From the NCBI GenBank assembly GCA_964016885.1, contig OZ024766.1:4526001-4590000 (forward strand): 64,000 nucleotides of DNA, written 5' to 3'. Shown here piece by piece: positions 13,015 through 25,861 of the stretch. The stretch comes from Eledone cirrhosa (taxonomy: Eukaryota). Each line of letters opens with the position of its first letter. Within the stretch, counting starts at the first letter, position 1. The position numbers were made by a program, and so were the translations under genes. The notes below the pieces were generated by a model. The model searched no databases and was not told the DNA's origin. It saw only the letters and a program-made list of their open reading frames with translations.

Positions 13015-13207
13015 ATTTGGGAGCCCCGACATGGACACACTAGAAGAGGAAGACCAAGGTTAACATATGTTGATGCCCTAAGGACAGACACTGGTCTGTT
13101 GGAGATGCAGGATATGGCAGCGATAATGAGGGACAGAGACCGCCGGAGAGAACTCGTCCATGGATCTCGGGAATTTTACCCGCCTTAGATAGATAGATAG
13201 ATAGATA
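13015..13207 (+). mobile_element. RTE-clade LINE 3' fragment
   Basis: Translates IWEPRHGHTRRGRPRLTYVDALRTDTG...MAAIMRDRDRRRELV..* (RTE C-terminal RGRP / DR..WR-type motifs), followed by (TAGA)n tail. Confidence 0.75.
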
Positions 13208-13212
13208 TATAT

Positions 13213-13288
13213 AGGGGTCGATAAAATAAAATACCAGTAATGCACTGGGTAATTGCGGCCTTGTGCCTAAAATAGAAACAATTATTAA
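13213..13288 (+). mobile_element. S1 SINE 3' fragment
   Basis: ggggtcgataaaataaa..accagtaatgcactggg..gccttgtgcctaaa.tagaaacaatt. Confidence 0.75.
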
Positions 13289-13579
13289 GGGTGTACTGTG
13301 TAGTATTCCATTATTAAGGGCGTGCTGTGTAGTATTCCATTATTAAGGGTATACTGTGGGCACCGTGTAATACTCAGAATTATAATCAGATTTATAACTT
13401 TTTACAAAAAACTTACGTATTTGTGTCTCATTTGAATATTTAAGTTCTCTCTTAAACGTAACATAGGTACCAAGGTTCGCACGGTGAACATGTGCTGTAT
13501 CCTGTATCAATAAACGTTTGCTCCTTGTCAACGAGTTTATTTTTGAGTTTTATTAACATTTTTATTTTCAAAGCCCTTC

Positions 13580-14322
13580 AATGGATCGATGGATCGATGG
13601 TTAAAAAAACAAGAAATTCGTAAAGGAACTGAAATTACAAGAAATACAGAAACAAAATCTTCTATAGAAGATACAGAAATTGCTGAACATGCAGCACAAC
13701 CTTCCGAAACTACTAGTTTAATTCATGTGCAGGAGGGCTCCGCGATAATATCAAGGGGTTCCGCTATAAAAAAAAAAGTTTGGAAGGAGGGTTCCGCGAT
13801 AATATCAAGGGGTTCCGCTATAAAAAAAAAAGTTTGGAAGGAGGGTTCCGCGATAATGTGAAGGGGTTCTGCGATAAAAAAAAAGTTTGGAAGGAGGGTT
13901 CCGCGATAATTTCAAGGGGTTCTGCTATAAAAAAAAAGTTTGGAAGGAGGGTTCCGCGATAATGTGAAGGGGTTCTGCTATAAAAAAAAAGTTTGGAAGG
14001 AGGGTTCCGCGATAATGTGAAGGGGTTCTGCGATAAAAAAAAGTTTGGAAGGAGGGTTCCGCGATAATATCAAGGGGTTCCGCTATAAAAAAAAAGTTTG
14101 GAAGGAGGGTTCCGCGATAATGTGAAGGGGTTCCGCTATAAAAAAAAAGTTTGGAAGGAGGGTTCCGCGATAATGTGAAGGGGTTCCGCTATAAAAAAAA
14201 AGTTTGGAAGGAGGGTTCCGCGATAATGTGAAGGGGTTCCGCGATAAAAAAAAAGTTTGGAAGGAGGGTTCCGCGATAATGTGAAGGGGTTCCGCTATAA
14301 AAAAAAAGTTTGGGAACCACTG
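13580..14322 (+). mobile_element. Probable non-autonomous hAT (Charlie/Buster-like) remnant
   Basis: ORF start MDRWLKK resembles Charlie/Buster transposase N-termini; right end tttgggaaccactg = TIR-like CAGTGGTTCCCAAA; left TIR not found. Confidence 0.55.
13733..14312. repeat. Tandem repeat, 53-54 bp x ~11
   Basis: Unit gagggttccgcgataatgtgaaggggttccgctataaaaaaaaagtttggaag. Confidence 0.95.
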
Positions 14323-14633
14323 ACTTACACAGTAACTTAACAAATGGTTCTTATATTAAAATGTTTTAGAAGTTTTTTTAATTTAAATAGGAACCCTTTA
14401 AAAAAAAGTGGCTTTGCGTCATAGAACCAGAGCTGGGTTTGGCTGGGCTGGGTTGGGCTGGTAGAAAAATATCTTAAGGGACCAACCTATTAGATAAAAA
14501 GATAAAATGGTCAAGGGGGGGTTAAAGTAAATACCTTTAGCTGGCCGATATATCTGCGGTGGGTCGTTGGTAACAAATAGTTGAAGTGTTGCCGGGGATA
14601 ACTGCGAACGACACCCACTTACATATACGTACA

Positions 14634-15152
14634 ATAATTGTTTCTATTTTGGGGGGCACAAGGCCAGCAATTACCCCAGTGTATTACTGGTACTTTATTT
14701 TATCGACCCCCGTAATAACTGTTTCTACTTTTGGGAGCACAAGGCCAGCAATTACCCCAGTGTATTACTGGTACTTTATTTTATCGACCCCCGTAATAAC
14801 TGTTTCTACTTTTGAGGGCACAAGGCCAGCAATTACCCAGTGTATTACTGGTACTTTATTTTATCGACCCCGTAATAACTGTTTCTACTTTTGGGGGCAC
14901 AAGGCCAGCAATTACCCCAGTGTATTACTGGTACTTTATTGTATCAACCCCGTAATAACTGTTTCTACTTTTGGGGGCACAAGGCCAGTAATTACCCCAG
15001 TGTATTACTGGTACTTTATTTTATCGACCCCGTAAGGATGAAAGGCAAAGTTAACCTCGGCGGGATTTGAACTCAGACCATAAAGGGCCGTAACTCTTTG
15101 CTGCAAAGCATGGCGTCCGACCCTCTACCGATACTGCCACTCCACCGCCCTT
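14634..15152 (-). mobile_element. Full S1 SINE with ~80-bp 3' segment tandemly repeated 5 times
   Basis: Reverse-complement head ggcggtggagTGGCAGTATCGG (box A) ... GAGTTCAAATCC (box B); repeated tgtttctact...cgacccc units. Confidence 0.85.
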
Positions 15153-15742
15153 ATACATGTAAATACATTAATACCACTGCAACTACTACACAACCATTAT
15201 ACCACTGCAACTACTGTTACCTATACCACCACTACTACTGTTGCTAACACTACAATCACCACTACCACCATAACTACCACCACCACTACTACTACTACAC
15301 TACCACCACCACTACTACACTACTACCACCACCACTGTTGCCAACACTACAATCACCACTACCACCATAACTACCACCATAACTACCACCACCACTACTA
15401 CTACTACACTACCACCACCACTGTTGCCAACACTACAATCACCACTACCACCATAACTACCACCACCACTACTACTACACTACCACCACTACTACTACAC
15501 TACCACTACCACCACTACTACTACACTACTACCAATCACCACTACCACCATAACTACCACCACCACCACCATTCCGAACTTATAAATTCCACCCTCCTCC
15601 AACACACACAATATATACACCCCCACCCCACCCTCCAACCACGCCCCCGCCCTACCATCCCACCCCCACCCCACCCCATCAATGTTTATGACGAAACGAA
15701 AAACCCCCGAAAAAATATAGCGCCCCTCCGCTCTCCTCAATT

Positions 15743-15773
<31 letters not shown>

Positions 15774-16200
15774 TATACACACATATACACACACATATAT
15801 ACACACACACACACACATTGCCTCACATATACAGTCATTCACACATGATAAGCCACTGTGACTATATTGTCCTCCCCCCCACCCCACCCCACCCCCCGCT
15901 CTCTGTCCACCGCCACCAACACCATCACTATACCACCACCACCACCCCATCGTAAATCTCCGTCAATCTCCGTCAATCTCCGTTAATGTTTACGACCAAC
16001 CAAAACGAAAGCCTCCCCCCACCACCACCCACCACTTCACTAATTCAATCACAGTTCTGTCTATAAGCGAAATAAAGATAATATCAGAGGGAGTGGGAGG
16101 GAGGGAGAGGGGTCTACCATGACGTGGTCCTAACACGACACGCTAGAAATACCAGCCAACAACACTTCTTTCAATACTTTTAAAACTTTTTTGTCTGTCT

Positions 16201-16252
<52 letters not shown>

Positions 16253-17379
16253 GTGAGTGAGAAAGAGAAAGAGAGAGAGAGAGTGAGAGAGAGAGAGTGA
16301 GAGAGTGAGAAAGAGAGAAAGAGAGAGAGAGAGAGAGAAAGAGAGTGTGTGTGTGTGTGTTAGAAAAAAGGGCCAACGTGGCTAAGGGTTTCGAAACAGG
16401 GCGTGGGGGACATAGGACATAGACTACGGAAAAAGGGGGACAGTCCCGTCTCCTCAGTCAACTTCCGGGAATCACTACAGTTTCGGGTTTTGAAGGTTGA
16501 TACCGTTCAATCCTCGAGGGGTGGTGACAAACGGGCTGATGGAGAGATAGATAAACAGATAGATAGATAGATAAACAGATAGATAGACAATCATAGATCG
16601 ATAGACAAGCATAGGTCGATAGATAAACAGATAGATAGACAGGCACAGATCGATAGAGAGATAGACAGGTACAGATCGATAGATAGATAAACAGATAGAT
16701 AGACAAGCACAGATCGATAGAGACATAGCTAGCTAAATAGATACATGGATAGAGAGATAGTGTCGCTGATGGGGAATGATATGGAATCTGTTAATGGTGG
16801 TGGGGTGAGGGGTATATAGAGAAAGAGTATATATAGAGAGAGGGGGGTTATAGAGAGAGGGGGGTTATAGAGAGAGGAGGGTTATAGAAGAGGGGGGGTT
16901 GTAGAGAGAGGAGGGTTATAGAAGAGGGGGTTATAGAGAGAGGAGGGTTATAGAAGAGGGGGGTTATAGAGAGAGGAGGGTTATAGAAGAGGGGGGTTAT
17001 AGAAGAGGGGGGTTATAGAGAGAGGAGGGTTATAGAAGAGGGGGGTTATAGAGAGAGGAGGGTTATAGAAGAGGGGGGTTATAGAGAGAAGAGGGTCATA
17101 GAAGAGGGGGTTATAGAGAGAGGAGGGTTATAGAGAGAGGAGGGTTAGAGAGGGGGTTATAGAGAGAGAGGGGGTTATAGAGAGAGAGAGGGGGTATAGA
17201 GAAAGAGCGAGAGAGAGAGGGTGAGAGAGAGAGGGTGTGAGAGAGAGAGAGAGATAAAGAGAGAGAGATAAAGAGAGAGAGAGATAAAGAGAGAGAGATA
17301 TATAAAGAGAGAGAGATATATAAAGAGAGAGAGATATATATATATAAAGAGAGAGAGAGAGAGATATCTAGAGATAAAG

Positions 17380-17412
<33 letters not shown>

Positions 17413-17587
17413 TGGGGTAGGGCAGGGGGGGATAACTGTATTTCACATGATCCACGAAGGAGATGTCACTCTGTGCATTACGTCTGATTGATAACTGGAG
17501 AGCCTGACCCCTTAAAAACCTCCCAGACACGAAATGTTTCCCAGAAATCTGGAAGTCAAATATAACAACAACAACAACAGTTATATT

Positions 17588-17618
<31 letters not shown>

Positions 17619-18065
17619 GTTATATTAACAACAACAACAACAACAGCAACAACAACAACAACAGCAACAACAACAGCAACGAGATTGTTTGAAAAATGGA
17701 TCTTTAAATCATTTTTGTCTGAAGACTGACTGGTGAATGTATGTGTGTTGGTGCGTATATATATACACATATATATATATGTATATATATGTATATATAT
17801 GTATATATGTATATATATGTATATATATGTATATATGTATATATACACATATATATATATATGTATATATATGTATATATGTATATATATATATATGTAT
17901 ATATATATACACATATATATATATGTATATATATGTATATATGTATATATATGTATATATGTATATATATATATATGTATATATATATACACATATATAT
18001 ATATGTATATATATGTATATATGTATATATATGTATATATATATACACATATATATATATGTATG

Positions 18066-18097
<32 letters not shown>

Positions 18098-18244
18098 TAT
18101 ATATGTATATATATGTATATATGTATATATGTATATATATGTATATATATACACATATATATATATGTATATATATGTATATATATACACATATATATAT
18201 ATGTATATATATACACATATATATATATATGTATATATATACAC

Positions 18245-18309
<65 letters not shown>

Positions 18310-18428
18310 TATATATATATATACACATATATATATATATACACACATATATATATATATATATACACACATATATATATATATATACACACACATATAT
18401 ATATATACACACACACATATATATATAT

Positions 18429-18484
<56 letters not shown>

Positions 18485-18588
18485 AATTCAGAAACGAAAT
18501 ATGTATATATATACATACACGCATCAACACACACATACATTCACTTATACACGCACCAGAACCAGTCAGTCTTCAGACAAAAATGATT

Positions 18589-18647
<59 letters not shown>

Positions 18648-18650
<3 letters not shown>

Positions 18651-18719
18651 AACCAGTAAGACCCCGACAGCTGAGCTCAAGCCGTTTCGACGCCTGGTTC
18701 CTTACCACATTTCCTTCGT

Positions 18720-18721
<2 letters not shown>
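18648..18721. mobile_element. Family G fragment (inverted junction)
   Basis: Shares gaccccgac.gctgagctcaagccgtttcgacg and tail ggttccttaccacatttccttcgt with other G copies. Confidence 0.75.
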
Positions 18722-18758
<37 letters not shown>

Positions 18759-18861
18759 AGGTATGTGTGTATGTATGTATGTATGTATATGTATGTATAT
18801 GTGTAGTTAATATATGAAACAAAACAAAAAACAAAACAAAACGCAGGAAGCAAAATAACAG

Positions 18862-18893
<32 letters not shown>

Positions 18894-19163
18894 ATATATA
18901 TATGTGTGTATATATGTGTATATATATATATACATATATATATATATCACTGTGTGTATATGTGTATGCGTACACACATATACACACACACACGCATATA
19001 TAGAGAAATGCGAGACAAACTACAACAGAAACACAAATCGTCCATCTCGATTTTATCTTTGAAAATCATAAGAACTATGAAACTGGTAAAGTAAATATTC
19101 TAAAAAGACCCCAGCTGCATTTTCAATTTGTTTTCCTTGTGCACACACACACACACACACATA

Positions 19164-19224
<61 letters not shown>

Positions 19225-19229
<5 letters not shown>

Positions 19230-19622
19230 TAAGAGGAATTCCAACTTTGTCTGATTTACTCGTTTTATTTACAATCCTTTAAAATATATATAATGGTATT
19301 ATAATGAAATAGTATGATAGAATATTAAATTCTAAGTGTTAATTGAACAAGTACTTTCATGCTTTCGCAATCTTCAGGTTCATGATATGTGGTGACTGCA
19401 AACTCGACTGTCACCACATATCATGAACCTGAAGATTGCGAAAGCATGAAAGTACTTGTTCAATTAACACTTAGAATTTAATATTCTATCATACTATTTC
19501 ATTATAATACCATTATATATATTTTAAAGGATTGTAAATAAAACGAGTAAATCAGACAAAGTTGGAATTCCTCTTATTAATATAATCTTCTATACACAAT
19601 CATACACACCCGTGTATATTTA
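19225..19622. mobile_element. Family E fold-back with hammerheads at 19344-19382 (-) and 19424-19462 (+)
   Basis: ~170 bp near-perfect arms, ~15 nt spacer; (TA)n flanks; predicted + strand cleavage after 19457. Confidence 0.85.
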
Positions 19623-19632
19623 CCTATCTATA

Positions 19633-19670
<38 letters not shown>

Positions 19671-19675
<5 letters not shown>

Positions 19676-19751
19676 GACGTAAAATAAGAAAATTATAAAA
19701 ATTTACTTACAGTAAGTAAATTTTTATAATTTTCTTATTTTACGTCTTTCA
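19671..19751. repeat. Perfect 81-bp palindrome beside (TA)n
   Basis: tgaaagacgt...cttac-a-gtaag...acgtctttca, centre 19711; no hammerhead core seen. Confidence 0.9.
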
Positions 19752-19850
19752 TATAATTGTTCTGCATCCCCTTGCATTGAACCACAAAGTTACTAAGACA
19801 AAACCTATATATCTGCTAGCATAGGTATACATCTGTATATATATGTCGGT

Positions 19851-19897
<47 letters not shown>

Positions 19898-19898
<1 letters not shown>

Positions 19899-20075
19899 GT
19901 AGGTCCGGGTTGAGTCGGGGATAACCACAGTAAGTAAGGTACTCAATACATGGCAGAGTAAAACATTCTTTATTTTATAGAAAGAGCTTCTACAGGACTA
20001 GTACTGTTTCATTCAGATGAAATCTTCAGGAAGATTTCATCTGAATGAAACAGTACTAGTCCTGTAGAAGCTCCT

Positions 20076-20077
<2 letters not shown>
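19898..20077. mobile_element. Fold-back element, family F
   Basis: Arms 19984-20027 and 20030-20073; - arm reads CTGAAGA-tTTCA(tc)TGAAt-GAAA-CAGTACTAG-TC; related tail at ~28990-29045. Confidence 0.7.
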
Positions 20078-20113
<36 letters not shown>

Positions 20114-20149
20114 ATATTATATATATATATATTATATATATATATACGT

Positions 20150-20288
20150 TATTTGTACAGATTAAAGTTTAAGCAAATAATCGTTGCTGTCACCCTTTTA
20201 CGGGATCTTCCGAAACATATATATATTTTATATATAATCCTTATCGAGCCCTCTTCGGATTTTAGTCTTCATAATTATTATTAATATA

Positions 20289-20325
<37 letters not shown>

Positions 20326-20423
20326 CGAAGGAAATGTGGTAAAGAACCAGGTGGACCATAACGCACCAAAGTACTCAATACTTAGGGTAGTAGAGTGGGT
20401 AATAGGAACGAGTAGGACTCGTT

Positions 20424-20427
<4 letters not shown>
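20150..20427. mobile_element. Family D fragment (20150-20285) and family G fragment (20324-20427)
   Basis: Sequence identity to 6325-6600 and 37628-37848. Confidence 0.75.
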
Positions 20428-20472
<45 letters not shown>

Positions 20473-20481
20473 ATATAAATA

Positions 20482-20827
20482 ATAATTGTTTATACTTTTG
20501 GCACAAGGCCAGCAATTATATCAGTGCATTACTGGTACTTTATTTTATCGACCCCGCAAGGATGAAAGGCAAAGTTAACCTCGGCGGGATTTGAACTCAG
20601 AATGGCAAGGGCCGTAACTCTATGCGTCAAAGCATGGCGTCAGACCCTCTACCGATACTGGCAATATAATAATTGTTTCTACTTTAGGCACAAGGCCAGC
20701 AATTACCCCAGTGCATTACTGGTACTTTATTTTATCGACCCCGTAAGGATGAAAGGCAAAGTCAACATCGGCGGGATTTGAACTCAGATCGTAAAGGGCC
20801 GTAACTCTATGCTGGAAAGCATGGCGT
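20482..20827 (-). mobile_element. Two tandem S1 SINEs
   Basis: S1 signature twice. Confidence 0.85.
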
Positions 20828-20962
20828 ATAATAATGAATGGGAACAATGTATCAGTGTTGCATCAGAAACATTTAATTTCTTGTTACACATGTTTCACTA
20901 TCGATCAGCTCAAGGAACCATCGAATAATGTTCGGTCCCGACTCTAGGATCTGGAGCTCCTC

Positions 20963-22110
20963 GTGTGTGTGGTGTGGTGTGGTGTGGTGTGGTGTGGTGT
21001 GGTGTGGTGTAGTGTGGTGTAGTGTGGTGTAGTGTGGTGTAATGTGATGTGATGTGGTGTAGTATAGTGTGGTGTAGTGTGGTGTAGTATAGTGTGATGT
21101 GATGTGATGTAATGTGATGTGCTGTGGTGTGGTATAATGTGATGTGATGTGATGTGATGCAGTGTGATGTGGTGTGGTGTAGTGTAGTGTGGGTGGTGTA
21201 GTGTAGTGTGGGTAGTGTAGTGGGTGTCGTGTAGTGGGTGTAGTGTGGTGTAGTGTGGCGTGGTGTAGTGTAGTGTAGTGTGGCGTGGTGTAGTGTAGTG
21301 TAGTGTAGTGTGGTGTAGTGTAGTGTAGTGTGGCGTGGTGTGGCGTAGTGTAGTGTGACGTGGCGTAGTGTGGCGTGGCGTAGTGTAGTGTGGCGTGGTA
21401 TGGTGTAGTGTAGTGTGGCGTGGTATGGTGTAGTGTAGTGTGGCGTGGTATGGTGTAGTGTAGTGTGGCGTGGTATGGTGTAGTGTAGTGTGGTGTAGTG
21501 TAGTGTAGTGTGGCGTGGTGTGGCGTAGTGTAGTGTGGCGTGGTGTAGTGTGGCGTGGTGTAGTGTGGCGTGGTGTAGCGTAGTGTGGCGTGGCGTGGCG
21601 TAGTGTGGCGTGGCGTAGTGTAGTGTGGCGTGGTATGGTGTAGTGTAGTGTGGCGTGGTATGGTGTAGTGTAGTGTGGCGTGGTATGGTGTAGTGTAGTG
21701 TGGCGTGGTATGGTGTAGTGTAGTGTGGTGTAGTGTAGTGTGGCGTGGTATGGTGTAGTGTAGTGTGGCGTGGTATGGTGTAGTGTAGTGTGGTGTAGTG
21801 TAGTGTGGCGTAGTGTAGTGTGGCGTGGTGTAGTGTAGTGTAGTGTAGTGTAGTGTAGTGTAGTGTAGTGTGGTGTGGTGTGGTGTGGCGTGGCGTGGCG
21901 TGGCGTGGCGTAGCGTAGTGTAGTGTAGTGTAGTGTAGTGTAGTGTAGTGTAGTGTAGTGTGGTGTAGTGTAGTGTGGGTAGTGTAGTGGGTGTAGTGTA
22001 GTGTAGTGTGGCGTAGTGTGGCGTGGCGTGGCGTAGTGTAGTGTAGTGTGGCGTGGTATGTTGTAGTGTAGTGTGGCGTGGTATGGTGTGGCGTGGTATG
22101 GTGTGGTGTG
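20963..22110. repeat. Pentanucleotide repeat (GTGTA/GTGTG/GTGGC)n
   Basis: Direct inspection. Confidence 0.95.
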
Positions 22111-23584
22111 GATATCTATACAAATATATATCTCCGTCGCTACATATTTACCAGTAGTCCGCCATAACTACCATTTATCTGAATGACCGAATTACAATAA
22201 TGACGATGTTTGACTAACTGAAACTCCTGATAACAGATCTTCTAAACAAGGCTGGGGACAACAATTGGAAATATTTAATTTATCAGGGTTCCACTCTGTA
22301 ATTTATGTCCCTCTTGTTAGCAGGAAGTGGGATTTCAGGAGGGGAAACATCGGGGATGTTGTTTCTGGTTTTTCTTTGTTATTTTCTAAAATTTTTTTTT
22401 TTTTTTTTTTTCAATTTTATTCATTTAGGGTCCATTTCGGCTTCTGAGTATTGATACAGTAGAGTGTGGATGGGCGGGGGAGGGGGGGGGGGGGGCTAGA
22501 AAGTAACAGGGGGAGAGTCCACACACATACATATACACAGTCAGACACATAAATAAATATATATATGGCGAGAGAGAGAGAAAGAGAAGACAGAGAGAGG
22601 AGGGGAGATAAAGAGTCAGAGAGAAGGGAAGAGAGATTGAGAGAGAGACAGAGAGAGGAGAGAGAAGACAGAGAGAGGAGAGAGAAAGAGAGAAGACAGA
22701 GATAGGAGAGAGAAAGAGAGAAGACAGAGAAAGGAGAGAGAAAGAGAGGAGAAAGGAGAGAGAAAGAGAGAAGACAGAGAGAGGAGAGGAGACAGAGAGA
22801 GGAGAGGAGACAGAGAGAGGAGAGGAGACAGAGAGAGGAGAGGAGATAAAGAGTCAGAGAGAAGAGGAGATAAAGAGTCAGAGAGAAGAGGAGATAAAGA
22901 GTCAGAGAGAAGGGGAGATAAAGAGTCAGAGAGAAGGGGAGAGAGCGAGAGAGAGAGAGATGAACGAGAGAGAGGAATGAGAGATGGAGAGAGAGAGAAG
23001 AGAGAGAGGAATAAGAGAGAGAGAGAGAGAAATGGAAGATTTGCATGAAAAACGAAGGAGGAGGAAGGGGGAAATCAAAAGTGTGTATCTGAGGAGCAGT
23101 AGGAGGTGGGAACACAGAGTAAAAGACGAGAAAGCGGAAGTAGGTGTTGGTGGAAGGAAGTGGCGGATGTTGTAACGGAGACAAAAATTTACACAGTTTC
23201 CGATAACCTTTCACCCACATTTCTGTAACCAAAACCAGCGCCATTCTCCTCATTAACATCTTTTAAAGATGGCAGCGTCTCTCGTGGTGTTTGACCGCCA
23301 TTACTTGTAATAAAGGCGAGCCCACCAGGCGGCGCTTCGTCACCGGATATTGAATAAATGAGCGTCAATTAGGCAAACTGCCGTAAATAGACCCCCCCTC
23401 CTCTCCCCTCGCCATCATCACCAACATCATCATTAACACCACCACCACCACCACCAGTAACACATAACAACACTATCAACACCACCACCAGCAACAGCAG
23501 CAGCAGTAACAATAACAACACTATCAACACCACCACCACCACCACCAATACCATCAAAGACAAACTCCGCCACGTCTCCCAGTA

Positions 23585-25600
23585 GTTGTGGTGGTGGTGT
23601 TAGTGGTGTTGATGATTGTGATGGTAGTGTTGGTGCTGGTGGTGGCAGTGGTGGTATGGTGGTGGTGGTGGTGGTGGTGGTATTGGTGGTATGGTAGTGG
23701 TAGAGGTAGTGGTGGTATGGTGGTATGGTGACGGTATAGTAGTGGTGGTGGAATGGTGATGGTGTGGTGGTATGGTGTTAGAGGTGATGGTATATAATGG
23801 GTTGTGGAGGTATGGTGGAGGTATGGTGGTGGTATGGTGGTGGTATAGTGGTGGTATGGTGGTAGAGGTGATGGTATATAATGGGTTGTGGAGGTATGGT
23901 GGAGGTATGGTGGTGGTATGGTGGTGGTATGGTGGTAGAGTTGATGGTATATAGTGGGTTGTGGAGGTATGGTGGTGGTATAGTGGTGGTATGGTGGTAG
24001 AGTTGATGGTATATAGTGGGTTGTGGAGGCATGGTGGTGGTATGGTGATATGGTGATGGTATGGTGGTAGAGGTGATGGTATATAGTGGGTTGTGGAGGT
24101 ATGGTGGTGGTATAGTGGTGGTATGGTGGTAGAGTTGATGGTATATAGTGGGTTGTGGAGGTATGGTGGTGGTATAGTGGTGGTATGGTGGTAGAGTTGA
24201 TGGTATATAGTGGGTTGTGGAGGTATGGTGATGGTATGGTGGTAGAGGTGATGGTATATAGTGGGTTGTGGTGGTATGGTGGTGGTATAGTGGTGGTATG
24301 GTGGTAGAGTTGATGGTATATAGTGGGTTGTGGAGGTATGGTGGTGGTATGGTGGTAGAGTTGATGGTATATAGTGGGTTGTGGAGGTATGGTGGTGGTA
24401 TAGTGGTGGTATGGTGGTGGTATGGTGGTAGAGTTGATGGTATATAGTGGGTTGTGGTGGTATGGTGGTGGTATAGTGGTGGTATGGTGATGGTATGGTG
24501 GTAGAGGTGATGGTATATAGTGGGTTGTGGAGGTATGGTGGTGGTATGGTGATGGTATGGTGGTAGAGTTGATGGTATATAGTGGGTTGTGGTGGTATGG
24601 TGGAGGTATGGTGGTGGTATGGTGATGGTATGGTGATATGGTGATGGTATATAGTGGGTTGTGGAGGTATGGTGGTGGTATGGTGGTGGTATGGTGGTAT
24701 GGTGGTGGTATGGTGGTATGGTGGTGGTATGGTGGTATGGTGGTAGTATGGTTGTATGGTGACGGTATGGTGGTGGTATGGTTGTATGGTGATGGTATAT
24801 AGTGGGTTGTGGAGGCATGGTGGTGGTATAGTGGTGGTATGGTGGTAGAGTTGATGGTATATAGTGGGCTGTGGAGGTATGGTTGTGGTATGGTGGTGGT
24901 ATGGTGGTGGTGGTGATGATGGTATATAGTGGGCTGTGGAGGTATGGTGATGGTATGGTGATGGTATGGTGGAGGTATGGTGATGGTATGGTGATGGTAT
25001 ATAGTGGGCTGTGGAGGTATGGTGATGGTATAGTGGTGGTATGGTGGAGGTATGGTGATGGTATGGTGATGGTATGGTGGTGGTATATAGTGGGTTGTGG
25101 AGGTATGGTGATGGTATGGTGATGGCATGGTGATGGTATGGTGATGGTATGGTGATGGTATGGTGATGGTATAGTGGTGGTATGGTGGAGGTATGGTGGT
25201 GGTATGGTGATGGTATGGTGATGGTATATAGTGGGCTGTGGAGGTATGGTGGTGGTATAGTGGTGGTATGGTGGAGGTATGGTGGTGGTGGTGATGGTAT
25301 GGTGATGGTATATAGTGGGTTGTGGAGGTATGGTGGTGGTATGGTGATGGTATGGTGATGGTATGGTGATGGTATATAGTGGGCTGTGGAGGTATGGTGA
25401 TGGTATAGTGGTGGTATGGTGGAGGTATGGTGATGGTATGGTGATGGTATGGTGGTGGTATATAGTGGGTTGTGGAGGTATGGTGATGGTATGGTGATGG
25501 TATGGTGATGGTATGGTGATGGTATATAGTGGGCTGTGGAGGTATGGTGGAGGTATAGTGGTGGTATGGTGGAGGTATGGTGATGGTGGTGATGGTATGA
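23585..25600. repeat. GT-rich compound minisatellite
   Basis: Recurrent gatggtatatagtgggttgtggaggtatggtggtg units. Confidence 0.9.
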
Positions 25601-25861
25601 TAGATCTATGAGACATCAATGAAGCTATGTGGAATCTATCGCTGTCGTAAGAGATCGATATTGATGAATACATTCTAGAAATGAATAACACAAAATGGCG
25701 TCTGGACAGTTTAGTAACCCGACTCTTTTACATGTGTGTGTTGTGTGTGTGTGTATGTATTATGTGTATGTATGTGTTGAGTGTGTTGTGTATTGTGTGT
25801 GTGTGTGTGTGTATTATGTGTATGTATGTGTTGAGTGTGTTATGTATTGTGTGTATGTATT

